A DNA stretch of 64,000 bases from Waterburya sp. (lineage in GTDB: Bacteria > Cyanobacteriota > Cyanobacteriia > Cyanobacteriales > Xenococcaceae): contig CBDCJV010000002.1 in assembly GCA_965217895.1 (NCBI GenBank), forward strand, positions 544,001-608,000, read 5' to 3'. The position numbers and the translations under genes are program-made. This document shows, in pieces, positions 30,996-40,698 of the stretch. Position 1 is the first letter of the stretch, and each line of letters opens with the position of its first letter. The notes beneath the pieces were generated by a model that searched no databases, was not told where the DNA came from, and worked only from the letters and a program-made list of their open reading frames with translations.

Positions 30996-32579
30996 CTACC
31001 CATCCTCTAATATTGGCGATTTTTGGAACTTCTGTAGGAATTGTAATAAAGCTACGTTTGTTCCCAGTCGGTCGATTTCGCCTCGGTATTTGGTCACAGC
31101 CTCGACAAAACGCGGGGACTGAGAGAGATCGCCAAACACTTCCTCTATATCGAGCAAGAAATGGGGATCTGAGCCACCCAATCGAGCGCACTTTGTAAGT
31201 ATGTTTGCCATCGGATCTTCAATAGCTAGAGGCAGCCCCTGTTCGTCGATACCTGTTAGGTAACGCAACCATACAGCAATAGTAAAGCTCAAGTAATCTA
31301 TCGAACTATTTTGTTCGAGCTTATCTCTTAGGCTGCCAAAGATAAACTTAGGCATTTTGTCAGAGCCATTAAGGCAGAGGCGGGATAGACGATCGCTGAC
31401 TTTAGGATTGGAAAATCGTGCGATTAAGGTCTGTTTATATTCCTTAATGTCCACACCAGGTAGGGGTGCGAGGGTTGGTGTTACTTCATCCATCAAGCCG
31501 ACTATAGCCCGTCGGATCGGTTCATAGTTCATTGCCTCAGAGGTATAGGTGTAGCCTAGCAGCGAACCTAAATAGCCCAGTAACGAATGACTAGCGTTGA
31601 GTAGTCGCAGCTTCATCAGTTCGTAGGGATGAACGTCGTCGGTCATTTGCACGCCGACAGATTCCCAATCGGGTCGCCCCGCACAGAATTTATCTTCAAT
31701 CACCCACTGTATAAAGAGTTCTGCTACCACAGGCCAGTCATCTTTAATCCCAAATTTATCCTCTACCATTTGGATATCGGCGGGGGTAGTGCTAGGAGTA
31801 ATGCGATCGACCATACTGTTAGGAAAAGCAACGTGCTGGGCGATCCACTGTCCCAGATCTGGGTTTTGTAAATTGGCAAAGGCAGTTAGCATTTTGCTCA
31901 AGACATTCCCGTTCCCCTGGATATTATCGCAAGATAAGACGGTGAAAGGCGGTAAACCATTTTGTCGCCTTCGTTCCAGGGCAGCGGTGAGAAAGCCATA
32001 AACTCCAATCGGGCGATCGGGATGCTCTAAGTCGTGTTGGATAGTGGGATGTCGGGCATCGAACTCCCCATTACCTTCAATGACGTAGTAACCACCTTCG
32101 GTAATAGTTAGGGTGACAATTTTACATTCCTCCCCTGCGAGGACATCGATAACAGCCTGGGGATTATCTGGCGCAAATAAATATTGGGTAATCGAGCCAA
32201 TAATACGAGCAGTGTCTTGTTCTGGAGAACGTTCGATTAAAGTGTACAGACAGTCTTGAGTATGCAATACATCACGCATTTTCTCGTCGTACTTTAGTAA
32301 ACCCACACCGCAAATTCCCCAAGTGCTGCCCTGCTGGTTATTTGATCGCTGCTCCTGCTCGATATAATTATCCAGATAGAGAGCTTGGTGAGAGCGATGG
32401 AAACCACCTACGCCGATATGAACAATGCCATTTGTCATAACATCGCGGTCATACTGGGGAACACGATGCTGCTGTGACAGTTGCGAGAGATTGGTTTTAT
32501 TCAGAGGAATAGAGGTCTTTGTCGATTGTTTGTTCGATTGGGTTGGGGAATGATTGGAGGGGGCGAAGCTGCTGTTCAT
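30996..32579 (-). CDS. mtlK: Mannitol 2-dehydrogenase family (long-chain polyol dehydrogenase)
   Basis: IVHIGVGGFHRSHQA, TITEGGY, LSCDN, FPNSMVDRITP and KLRLLNASH motifs. Confidence 0.9.
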   Translation of the reverse strand: MNSSFAPSNHSPTQSNKQSTKTSIPLNKTNLSQLSQQHRVPQYDRDVMTNGIVHIGVGGFHRSHQALYLDNYIEQEQRSNNQQGSTWGICGVGLLKYDEKMRDVLHTQDCLYTLIERSPEQDTARIIGSITQYLFAPDNPQAVIDVLAGEECKIVTLTITEGGYYVIEGNGEFDARHPTIQHDLEHPDRPIGVYGFLTAALERRRQNGLPPFTVLSCDNIQGNGNVLSKMLTAFANLQNPDLGQWIAQHVAFPNSMVDRITPSTTPADIQMVEDKFGIKDDWPVVAELFIQWVIEDKFCAGRPDWESVGVQMTDDVHPYELMKLRLLNASHSLLGYLGSLLGYTYTSEAMNYEPIRRAIVGLMDEVTPTLAPLPGVDIKEYKQTLIARFSNPKVSDRLSRLCLNGSDKMPKFIFGSLRDKLEQNSSIDYLSFTIAVWLRYLTGIDEQGLPLAIEDPMANILTKCARLGGSDPHFLLDIEEVFGDLSQSPRFVEAVTKYRGEIDRLGTNVALLQFLQKFQKSPILEDG

Positions 32580-33693
32580 GAGATTGTCCTACTGTAAAGT
32601 TATGTTGTTGGGCTTTAGGAATAGCTAAGTCATTGGAGTCGAATACGTGACATAGGTTGCCGTCGATGTAAATAGGTACGCGATCGCCCACTACCACTCT
32701 TCTGTCGCCTTCGGTTTGGACGATTAAGGTATCGCCACCTGGTGCGCGGACATATAAAGAGGTAGCATCACCAAGACGCTCGACGACGAGGACATCACAT
32801 ATTAGGGTGGGATTGTTTGCATCGATGCGAAGATTTTCGGGGCGGATACCCAGAGTGGCGCGATCGCCTACCATTAAAGTCTTGGGCTTGACTGGTACGG
32901 TTACGGTATCATCACCAGGCAATCTTAAGGTAGTGCCAGAATCCTGAACGCTAGTAGTCATTACAGACAGGAAATTCATCTTCGGAGAACCAATAAATCC
33001 CGCGACAAAGCGATTGCACGGATGGTGGTATAGTTCCATAGGTGTGCCGATTTGTTCCACAACACCACCATTTAGAACCACAATTTTGGTAGCCAAGGTC
33101 ATAGCTTCAATTTGATCGTGGGTCACATAGATCATCGTAGACTCCAAGCTATTGTGTAGACTACCAAGCTCTAGTCGCATTTGTCCCCGCAAAGCTGCAT
33201 CCAAGTTAGATAATGGCTCGTCAAACAAAAATACTTTGGGGCTGCGTACCAAGGCACGACCGATGGCTACCCGTTGTCGCTGTCCGCCAGAGAGCGCACC
33301 AGGCTTACGCTGCAACAGTGGTTCTAGCTGTAAAACTCCAGCGACTTCTTTTGCCCTGGCGAGTCGTTTAGCTTTGGGCATACCCGCTAGTCGCAAACTG
33401 AAGGACATATTTTCAGCCACCGTCATGTGAGGATAAAGGGCATAGGTTTGAAACACCATTGCCAGCCCTCGCTGGTCTGGCGGAACATTGTTCATACGTT
33501 CGCCATCAATCAGAAGCTCCCCAGAAGTAATATCTTCCAGTCCCGCAATCATTCTGAGGAGGGTAGATTTACCGCAGCCCGAAGGTCCAACGAAGACCAC
33601 AAATTCGCGATCTTCGATATCAAGGTCTATGCCTTTAATAATTTCGGTGTCGGTATAGGTTTTGCGGATGTTTCTTAAAGTTACAGTTGACAT
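32497..33693 (-). CDS. Polyol ABC transporter ATPase (SmoK/MalK-like)
   Basis: GPSGCGKST, LSGGQRQR, DEPLSNLD and FVAGFIGSPKMN motifs. Confidence 0.92.
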   Translation of the reverse strand: MSTVTLRNIRKTYTDTEIIKGIDLDIEDREFVVFVGPSGCGKSTLLRMIAGLEDITSGELLIDGERMNNVPPDQRGLAMVFQTYALYPHMTVAENMSFSLRLAGMPKAKRLARAKEVAGVLQLEPLLQRKPGALSGGQRQRVAIGRALVRSPKVFLFDEPLSNLDAALRGQMRLELGSLHNSLESTMIYVTHDQIEAMTLATKIVVLNGGVVEQIGTPMELYHHPCNRFVAGFIGSPKMNFLSVMTTSVQDSGTTLRLPGDDTVTVPVKPKTLMVGDRATLGIRPENLRIDANNPTLICDVLVVERLGDATSLYVRAPGGDTLIVQTEGDRRVVVGDRVPIYIDGNLCHVFDSNDLAIPKAQQHNFTVGQSHEQQLRPLQSFPNPIEQTIDKDLYSSE

Positions 33694-33828
33694 GATTAAT
33701 TCGGTTTAAATGAATGTTAAATACAAAGGATGAACCTATTCATTGAAGTCAGAAGTCAGAAGTCAGAAGAGTTTAGTAAAAAAGCTAATAGCTAATAGCT
33801 AAGAGCTAATAGCTAGAGCGAAGCTCTT

Positions 33829-34656
33829 CTACTTGACTGCACCAAATGTAAGACCTCGAACCAGTTGTTTCTGACTAAGCCAACCAAAGATGAGGATCGG
33901 TGCGATCGCCATGGTTGAGGCTGCCGACAGCTTTGCCCAAAACAGTCCTTGAGGACTGGAGAAAGAGGCAATAAACGCGGTTAAGGGGGCTGCATCAAAG
34001 GTGGTCAGGTTGAGACTCCAAAAGGCTTCGTTCCACGAAAGAATAATCGAAAGCAGTGCGGTAGAGGCAATTCCTGGCAATGCTAGAGGGAGCAATACAT
34101 ATGCCACTTCCTGGTAAATTGTCGCGCCATCCATGCGATCGGCTTCGAGAATCTCTTTTGGCACTTCTTTGAAAAAACTATAGATCATCCAAACCACAAT
34201 CGGCAAGTTAATTAGGGTATAAATGATAATTAGACCGATACGAGTATCTAATAATCCCGATTCGCGACCTAGAATATAAATCGGTACTAATACACCTACT
34301 GAAGGCAGCATTTTGGTCGAAAGCATCCATAACAGAGTGCTTTTGGTGCGTTTGGTCGGGAAAAAAGACATGGCGTAAGCTGCGGGAACCGCTAGCAATA
34401 GTGCCAAGATGGTCGCACCGACGGAGATAACAATACTGTTCCAAGCGTAGTTGAAATAAGCAGCCCTTTCTTGAACGGCAACATAGTTGTCCAGAGTTGG
34501 CTTAAAGAGAAGCTGGGGTGGTGTGGCTATTGCAGCCACTTCCGTTTTAAAGCTGGTGATAAACATCCAGAAGATCGGGAAGAATAAAATACAGGCGACT
34601 AGCCAACCCAGTAAGCCAATTAGCCATTTGTTCGATTTGTTATTATTAGTTTTCAT
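33829..34656 (-). CDS. Polyol ABC permease (SmoG/MtlG-like)
   Basis: LLWMLSTKMLP, EAD.MDGA and SSPQGLFWAKLSAAS motifs. Confidence 0.9.
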   Translation of the reverse strand: MKTNNNKSNKWLIGLLGWLVACILFFPIFWMFITSFKTEVAAIATPPQLLFKPTLDNYVAVQERAAYFNYAWNSIVISVGATILALLLAVPAAYAMSFFPTKRTKSTLLWMLSTKMLPSVGVLVPIYILGRESGLLDTRIGLIIIYTLINLPIVVWMIYSFFKEVPKEILEADRMDGATIYQEVAYVLLPLALPGIASTALLSIILSWNEAFWSLNLTTFDAAPLTAFIASFSSPQGLFWAKLSAASTMAIAPILIFGWLSQKQLVRGLTFGAVK

Positions 34657-34657
34657 A

Positions 34658-35575
34658 TTAAGTATCCAAATTACTAGCAACGCTACGGACTAAGAAAATT
34701 GCGACGATGTTAGCTAGCACTACGGCGATCAGCCCGCCAGCAGAAGCTCCACCTACGTCGAACTCTAGCAACGCTTTGAGATAGATGTAGTAAGCTAAGT
34801 TAGTGGTTGCCAGTCCTGGACCCCCACCTGTGGTAACGAAAATTTCCCCAAAGATAGCTAGAAAGAAGATCGTTTCGATCATTGCTACTACGGCGATCGC
34901 CCGACTTAAGTGAGGCAATACTACATATCGAAATAATTGCAACGGTTTAGCTCCATCCATGCGAGCAGCTTCTAATTGATCGGTATCTAGGGACTGAATT
35001 GCCGTTAATAAAATTAGTAAGGCAAAGGGCAGCCATTCCCAAGAAACAATGATGATGATCGATAACAGAGGAAAATCGGTAAACCAGTCGATCGCTCCTA
35101 ATCCCATCCCACGAGTGATTTGAGCAAACAGCCCGTTAACTGGGTGCATCAGCATATTTTTCCAAATCAAAGCACTCACCGTCGGCATGACAAAGAACGG
35201 TGAAATTGCCAGTACGCGGGCAATACCCTGACCTGGAAAATCCTGGTTAAACAGCACCGCTAATAGTGTGCCTAAACCAATCGTGATTAGCAGCACAGAA
35301 GCAACTAGGATCAGGGTAGTACCAATCGAGATCCATAATGCTGGATCGGTCAGGATAAAGGTAAAGTTTCCTAATCCAATAAACTCGCGGTTATCGGGAA
35401 TCAATAAATTATATCGTTGGAAGGCAAACCAGATTGCCATTGCCAACGGTACTACCATCCAGAGAATCAGTACGATTACTGACGGTGCTACTAACGCCAG
35501 GGTAGGTATCTTTCTTGACGATCGCTCTTTGGGCTTTGACGGTGGTTGTGGTCTTGTTACTACGGAAGAAGTCAT
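34658..35575 (-). CDS. Polyol ABC permease (SmoF/MtlF-like)
   Basis: PFFVMPTVSALIWKN, EAARMDGA and GGGPG motifs. Confidence 0.9.
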   Translation of the reverse strand: MTSSVVTRPQPPSKPKERSSRKIPTLALVAPSVIVLILWMVVPLAMAIWFAFQRYNLLIPDNREFIGLGNFTFILTDPALWISIGTTLILVASVLLITIGLGTLLAVLFNQDFPGQGIARVLAISPFFVMPTVSALIWKNMLMHPVNGLFAQITRGMGLGAIDWFTDFPLLSIIIIVSWEWLPFALLILLTAIQSLDTDQLEAARMDGAKPLQLFRYVVLPHLSRAIAVVAMIETIFFLAIFGEIFVTTGGGPGLATTNLAYYIYLKALLEFDVGGASAGGLIAVVLANIVAIFLVRSVASNLDT

Positions 35576-36936
35576 TTATTTACCTCTGTCTTAGCTTGCT
35601 CGTCTGACTTGATATAGCCCGTGTGAATCATAAATCGCTCGGCAATATTTTGCGATTGAGAAATTGCTTTATCGACCGAAACTTTATCCGCCAAAGCTTC
35701 TGCCATCTGCTGCCCTACCTGAGTTCCAATTGCCTGAAATTCGGGAATATCTACATATTGAATTCCCTTATAGGGCGTAGGCAAGGGAGAAGGCTTCTCG
35801 ATATCCGCAGACTCAATCGAAGTCAATACAGTCTTGGCAAAGGGGGCAACTTCTTGGTAGTTAGGATTTTCGTAAGTTGAGGTGCGAGTACCTGGTGGCA
35901 CACCAACCCAACCCGATTTATCTGCCACCAATTGAATATATTCTTTAGAGGTTGCCCAAGTAATAAATCGCTGTGCCTCTTCGGGCGATCGCGATGTTTC
36001 AGGAATTGCTAAAGCCCATGACCACAACCAGTTTGAACCATTTGGATAAGACTCAACTGGTGCGGGGGCAAAACCAACTCGATCGGCAACCTGTGATACT
36101 TCAGGGTTAGATAGCAGTCCTGCTGCAACCGTGGCATCAATCCACATCCCGCATTTACCCGTAGAGAATAGTGCCAGGTTCTCATTAAAGCCATTAGAAC
36201 TAGCCCCTGGTGGCCCGTATTTATTCAATACATCCACATAAAAAGTGACGGCACTTTTCCATTCTGGGGTGTCCAGTTGAGGCTGCCAGTTCATATCGAA
36301 CCAACGTCCGCCGTTAGTATTGACCAGCGTGGTCAAAAACGCCATGTTTTCACCCCAGCCTGGTTTGCCACGCAAACACATACCGTAAACGCCATTATCA
36401 GGGTCGTTTACCTGACTCGCCCATTCTGCTACCTGGTCGTAGGTAGGATTCTCCGCCATGGTAATTCCTGCTTTATCAAAGAGATCTTGGCGATAATAGA
36501 GCATCGAGCTTTCGGCATAAAACGGTAGCGCATAGAGCTTGCCGTCGTTGGAAAGACCTGTGCGAACGGGGTCGATCAGATCGTCTACGTCATATTCGGC
36601 GGGCAGATTATCTAAAGGCTTCAACCAACCTCGTTTTGCCCAAATAGGTGTTTCATAAGAACCGATTGTTAAAACATCGAATTGACCACCCTGACTGGCA
36701 ACGTCGGTAGTAGTGCGTTGACGTAAAATATTTTCTTCTAATACTACCCAGCGTAGCTCGATATCGGGATTCTCCGCTTCAAACTTGCGCGATAAATCCT
36801 GCATGACCACCATGTCACCGTTATTGACAGTAGCAATGGTCAATCGCGTTTTGCCCTTTGCCTCCGATTCACCTCCACAGGCTTGCAATAACGGTATCAG
36901 CATGACGCCCAAGAAGAACGCCTTTATTTTGTTCAT
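35572..36936 (-). CDS. Sorbitol/mannitol-binding lipoprotein (SmoE/MtlE-like)
   Basis: Lipobox LQAC; LTIATVNNGDM, CLRGKPGWGENMA and PPGTRTS motifs; ATG at 36936 with GGAG. Confidence 0.9.
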   Translation of the reverse strand: MNKIKAFFLGVMLIPLLQACGGESEAKGKTRLTIATVNNGDMVVMQDLSRKFEAENPDIELRWVVLEENILRQRTTTDVASQGGQFDVLTIGSYETPIWAKRGWLKPLDNLPAEYDVDDLIDPVRTGLSNDGKLYALPFYAESSMLYYRQDLFDKAGITMAENPTYDQVAEWASQVNDPDNGVYGMCLRGKPGWGENMAFLTTLVNTNGGRWFDMNWQPQLDTPEWKSAVTFYVDVLNKYGPPGASSNGFNENLALFSTGKCGMWIDATVAAGLLSNPEVSQVADRVGFAPAPVESYPNGSNWLWSWALAIPETSRSPEEAQRFITWATSKEYIQLVADKSGWVGVPPGTRTSTYENPNYQEVAPFAKTVLTSIESADIEKPSPLPTPYKGIQYVDIPEFQAIGTQVGQQMAEALADKVSVDKAISQSQNIAERFMIHTGYIKSDEQAKTEVNK

Positions 36937-37065
36937 AATAATTTGTCTCCAAAAGGCTTTGAAACCTATTAACGATCCAGAATAAAAGAAGAATATGAGC
37001 AAGTTATGAGGAAAAAACATATGTACTGCTCTCCTCCTTTCATTTTGAATAAACTATTTTCCAAA

Positions 37066-37098
37066 CTGGGCATTTGCTCAAAGTTTGTTTAATTGCTC
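37066..37098. promoter_or_regulatory. Candidate SorC-family operator in the divergent smoE/SDR promoter
   Basis: Imperfect palindrome TGGGCATTTGCTCA plus a second TGCTC 19 bp downstream; the same geometry occurs upstream of the regulator gene. Confidence 0.55.
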
Positions 37099-37182
37099 GG
37101 TATTCACAATCATACTTTTTTTCTCAACAATTATGAGAAGAGCGTTACCATTTGAAACAATTCCCAATTTAGAGGTGAATAT

Positions 37183-37986
37183 ATGCCAGCGATCGCAACC
37201 TACTCTTTTAATGACAAAACTATCCTCATTACGGGTGGTGCTGGAGAAATTGGCAGGGCAACTGCACACCGTTTTGCCGAAAATGGTGCGGGTGTTGTCT
37301 TGTTAGATATTGACCGAGACAAAATGACCGAAGTAGCTCAGGAACTGACCCAATACGGTACTCCAGTTCACTGGTTTTGCTGTGATGTAACTAGTTCCGA
37401 AGCAGTGGCAAAAGCCTTTACAAGTGCGTTTAAACAGTTAGATCGTCTCGACTATGTTTTCAACAATGCAGGTTATCAAGGGGTCTTTACCCAAACAGAT
37501 CGATACCCCGATGATGATTTCCGCAGGGTAATTGATATCAATGTCGTCGGCGTGTTTAACGTTCTTAAAGCAGCGTCTAAATGCTTACAGCAGCAGGGAG
37601 GTGGTGCAATTGTTAATATGGCTAGCTACGCAGGGGTTGTCGGTCCGCCAAATATGCTGGCATATGCAGCTTCTAAGTTTGCCGTTGTGGGAATGACTCA
37701 GACGGCAGCAAAAGATCTGGCGGTTGATCGTATCCGTGTTAATGCCATCTCACCTGCTCTAATTGGACCTGGCATGATGTGGACTCGGCAAACAGAGTTA
37801 CAGGCGGAGGTGGGTTCACAGTATTTTAGTACCGACCCAAAAATAGTAGAGCAACAGATGATCGACTCAGTACCGATGAGACGCTTGGGTCGTTTAGAAG
37901 AGGTAGCTAAGGGCGTTGCTTTTTTGATGAGCGACGAAGCGAGCTACATTACTGGATTTAATTTGGAGGTCACAGGAGGGCAATAA
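37183..37986 (+). CDS. SDR dehydrogenase, xylitol/polyol dehydrogenase-like
   Basis: TGGAGEIG, NNAGYQG and YAASK motifs; GPPNM and ELQAEVGSQYFSTDPK..QQMI.SVPMRR resemble Gluconobacter xylitol dehydrogenase as I recall it. Confidence 0.8.
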   Translation: MPAIATYSFNDKTILITGGAGEIGRATAHRFAENGAGVVLLDIDRDKMTEVAQELTQYGTPVHWFCCDVTSSEAVAKAFTSAFKQLDRLDYVFNNAGYQGVFTQTDRYPDDDFRRVIDINVVGVFNVLKAASKCLQQQGGGAIVNMASYAGVVGPPNMLAYAASKFAVVGMTQTAAKDLAVDRIRVNAISPALIGPGMMWTRQTELQAEVGSQYFSTDPKIVEQQMIDSVPMRRLGRLEEVAKGVAFLMSDEASYITGFNLEVTGGQ

Positions 37987-38069
37987 AAAAGTTTTGAATT
38001 GAGAGCTAATAAATTCAGATGGATTAATCACAGGTAAAATACAGCTAATTTTAAACAGAGAAGAAATAC

Positions 38070-38276
38070 ATGAGTAATTATCCGAGAACATTCTCACATA
38101 TTGGAATATCCGTTCCTAATGTAGAGAAGGCCGTGGAGTTTTATAGCAACGTTATGGGTTGGTATTTAATCATGAAACCAACTGTAATTACAGAGGAGTC
38201 AGAAACACCGATAGGACAAATGTGTATTGATGTATTTGGTACTGGTTGGGGTTCTTTCAAAATTGCTCAAGAGTAG
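38070..38276 (+). pseudogene. Truncated glyoxalase/VOC (lactoylglutathione lyase-like) gene
   Basis: YPRTFSHIGISVP..EKAVEFY...GW motif; stops at 68 aa where a repeat element begins at about 38269. Confidence 0.7.
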
Positions 38277-38765
38277 AGATAGTGAAGTAGAGGAGGTGGA
38301 GAAGTAGAGAAGACCCCAAAGACCCCTAATGAATTGCGGTATCCTTTAGGACTACCTCAAATACTCTAAATACCCCTCAAAACAATCTTGACAGAGTATT
38401 AGATTTTATATGATGTGGTCTATTTTGGCGATCGCTTGAAATTTGATTTTAGTTACCAATAATACTCGTCATTATCAAAGAATTACAGGATTAAACTTAG
38501 ATAATTGGAGCATTGAGTAAACTTTGTAACAGGTCATGGGTGCTTTATACCAAGTACGGACAATCGCGGAACTTTTGCCCTAGCTCATCGAGATGCCTAC
38601 AAAGAAGCTGAAATTGATAAACTCATCACTACAACAACTCAAATTTTTGCTAATTAAGCGCTCTACAAAACCTGATTCTAAGTTATGAGTTATATCAAAC
38701 TACATGAGTAATATAAAATAAAATACAAAAAGCCTCTATCAAAACTCAATCTTTTTCTAGAATCT

Positions 38766-40451
38766 ATGTTGGATGAAAACCTTCGGGCAATAGCAGTCAA
38801 TCCTATAAAACTTCCTGGTTTTATTAATCAGTTAGATTACATGGATTTACTTCACTTGCTAAAAGTGCCAAACTTGTCTGAATGGTTCTTAGAACAAGCA
38901 TTACAGCATAGAGAAGGACGGGTGCGGTTTTTTATTTCTCAGCATCCAAATATTACAGACAAAGTTAAAGCAAAACTAATTGCAACTGGAGATGGGGAAA
39001 GTTGCCTATATTTTGCTCGACAAAAAAATCTTAGTGATTCACTTATTTCTCAATTAGCTTCAGTAGAAATTAGAGGCTTGTATCTTTCTCTGAGTAGAGA
39101 AATAAAAAAGAAAATCAGATTTGCGATCGCAAATAATCCTAATACAAAGCTAGATATCCTACAGCAGCTAGCGGGAGATATTGAGTATACGGTAAGAATT
39201 ACTGCTAAATGCAAAATTGCATCCCATCCCCAGACCTCTTTATCTATTATCGAACAATTAGCTTTTGATGCCGAGCCTAGTATAAAAAAAGCAGTAGCCT
39301 CACGCCATGATTTGCCAATAGAGTTAATCAAAGAAATGGCAAAAGATTGCCAAATAGCTAGGAAAGGGTTTCTCATTCGCAATCTTTCTTTCAATGGCTA
39401 TTTACTAGATACGCTAGCTCAAGATTCTCATCCGAAGGTGCAACAGTTAGTAGCACTTCATCCTAATACTTCGGAGGAAACGCTTATCAGTCTAGCTTGT
39501 AATCATGCGATCGCTAGTTTGGTGTTGCAAAACCCTAACTTAACAGCAGAAATATTCGAGCAATTGGCATCTAGTAATAATTCAAAGCTATATTTTGCTT
39601 TAGCACAACATTCATGGACAAGTAGAGAAACTTTAGCCAATATTGCTGCAAAGAGTGATGATGCAGCAACCCTGATTGCTATAGTAGAAAATAATCAAGC
39701 AGGAAAGAAAACAAAAAGAGAAATATTAACCAGACTGGCTATCTTTTCTAGTCGCTCGGTACGTCGATACGTAGCAAAAAATCCTTGCACCCCAGAGAAT
39801 ATTCTATGGCGATGGGGTACATCCCAAAGATACTATAAACTGCATCCTTTTATCGCTAAGAATCCTAGTAGCTCTACAATGCTATTGGATTATTTGGCGC
39901 ATAAGTTTTTCTCTCAGAAAGTATGGGAGGGTTTAATTACAAATCCCAATACTTCTGTGGATACTTTTAATTATTTATGTTCAAAAGAACGAAAACAAAA
40001 AATTGTGAATGGAAGAAAAGTAATTGCGATCGCTAAAGAGCATAAAATTCCTTCGCATATCCTAAAAAAACTGATAAGAGCTAAACTTTATTCTGCAACT
40101 AGACGTGCTTGGTTTGCATTAGATTTAGACGATGAACAGCAAGAAGTTGCTTTTGAGATAATCGATAAACTAATAAAGGCTTATAGAGCTTACTGTAGAG
40201 GATTTTATTATAATCGAGATCGATCATATGATATTTATTTAATCCAAAAATGCGATCTACCCCTCGCAACTGTAGAATTTCTTTTAGAACAGATTGCTCA
40301 AAGTCGCCAAGCTGATAAACGTAAATTTGCTGCTAGACATCCAAAAACCCCAATATCTGTCTTAGAAACTTTAATCGAAGATGAGGATAGAGGTGTAAGG
40401 GATGCTGCTATTTTTCGCTTGCAGCAAAGACGAGACAATAGATTAAATTGA
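38766..40451 (+). CDS. Leucine-rich-repeat-variant/HEAT-like repeat protein
   Basis: Recurrent A.NP.T/HP.T...L..LA.D units. Confidence 0.8.
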   Translation: MLDENLRAIAVNPIKLPGFINQLDYMDLLHLLKVPNLSEWFLEQALQHREGRVRFFISQHPNITDKVKAKLIATGDGESCLYFARQKNLSDSLISQLASVEIRGLYLSLSREIKKKIRFAIANNPNTKLDILQQLAGDIEYTVRITAKCKIASHPQTSLSIIEQLAFDAEPSIKKAVASRHDLPIELIKEMAKDCQIARKGFLIRNLSFNGYLLDTLAQDSHPKVQQLVALHPNTSEETLISLACNHAIASLVLQNPNLTAEIFEQLASSNNSKLYFALAQHSWTSRETLANIAAKSDDAATLIAIVENNQAGKKTKREILTRLAIFSSRSVRRYVAKNPCTPENILWRWGTSQRYYKLHPFIAKNPSSSTMLLDYLAHKFFSQKVWEGLITNPNTSVDTFNYLCSKERKQKIVNGRKVIAIAKEHKIPSHILKKLIRAKLYSATRRAWFALDLDDEQQEVAFEIIDKLIKAYRAYCRGFYYNRDRSYDIYLIQKCDLPLATVEFLLEQIAQSRQADKRKFAARHPKTPISVLETLIEDEDRGVRDAAIFRLQQRRDNRLN

Positions 40452-40584
40452 ATGAGGTGGTCAAGAACTAAGCGAAGTTGTAAGCATTCCCACCATATAA
40501 TCAGTCAAATCTCGATCACGAATAACATCAGTGGTTTTTAAAGCGCGATCGCGTTTGGTCTAAATTTTGCACTTCGGTATTGAC

Positions 40585-40636
40585 TGAGCTTAAATTGTTG
40601 AATTGAGCATAACCTGCTTTTTTGAGCAGATCTTCA
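40585..40636. promoter_or_regulatory. Candidate autoregulatory SorC operator array
   Basis: TGAGC at 40585, 40604 and 40623 (19-bp period); the last forms TGAGCAGATCTTCA. Confidence 0.55.
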
Positions 40637-40698
40637 AACCTATGCCAAACCACATACAATATAGGATATTTACTAATAGATGTTAAATAGCAGAAAAT

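Noticed and set aside
32497..32579. 83-bp overlap of the ABC ATPase and mannitol dehydrogenase as a special feature
   Set aside because: Both overlapping tails look non-conserved; probably a stop-codon shift or start uncertainty
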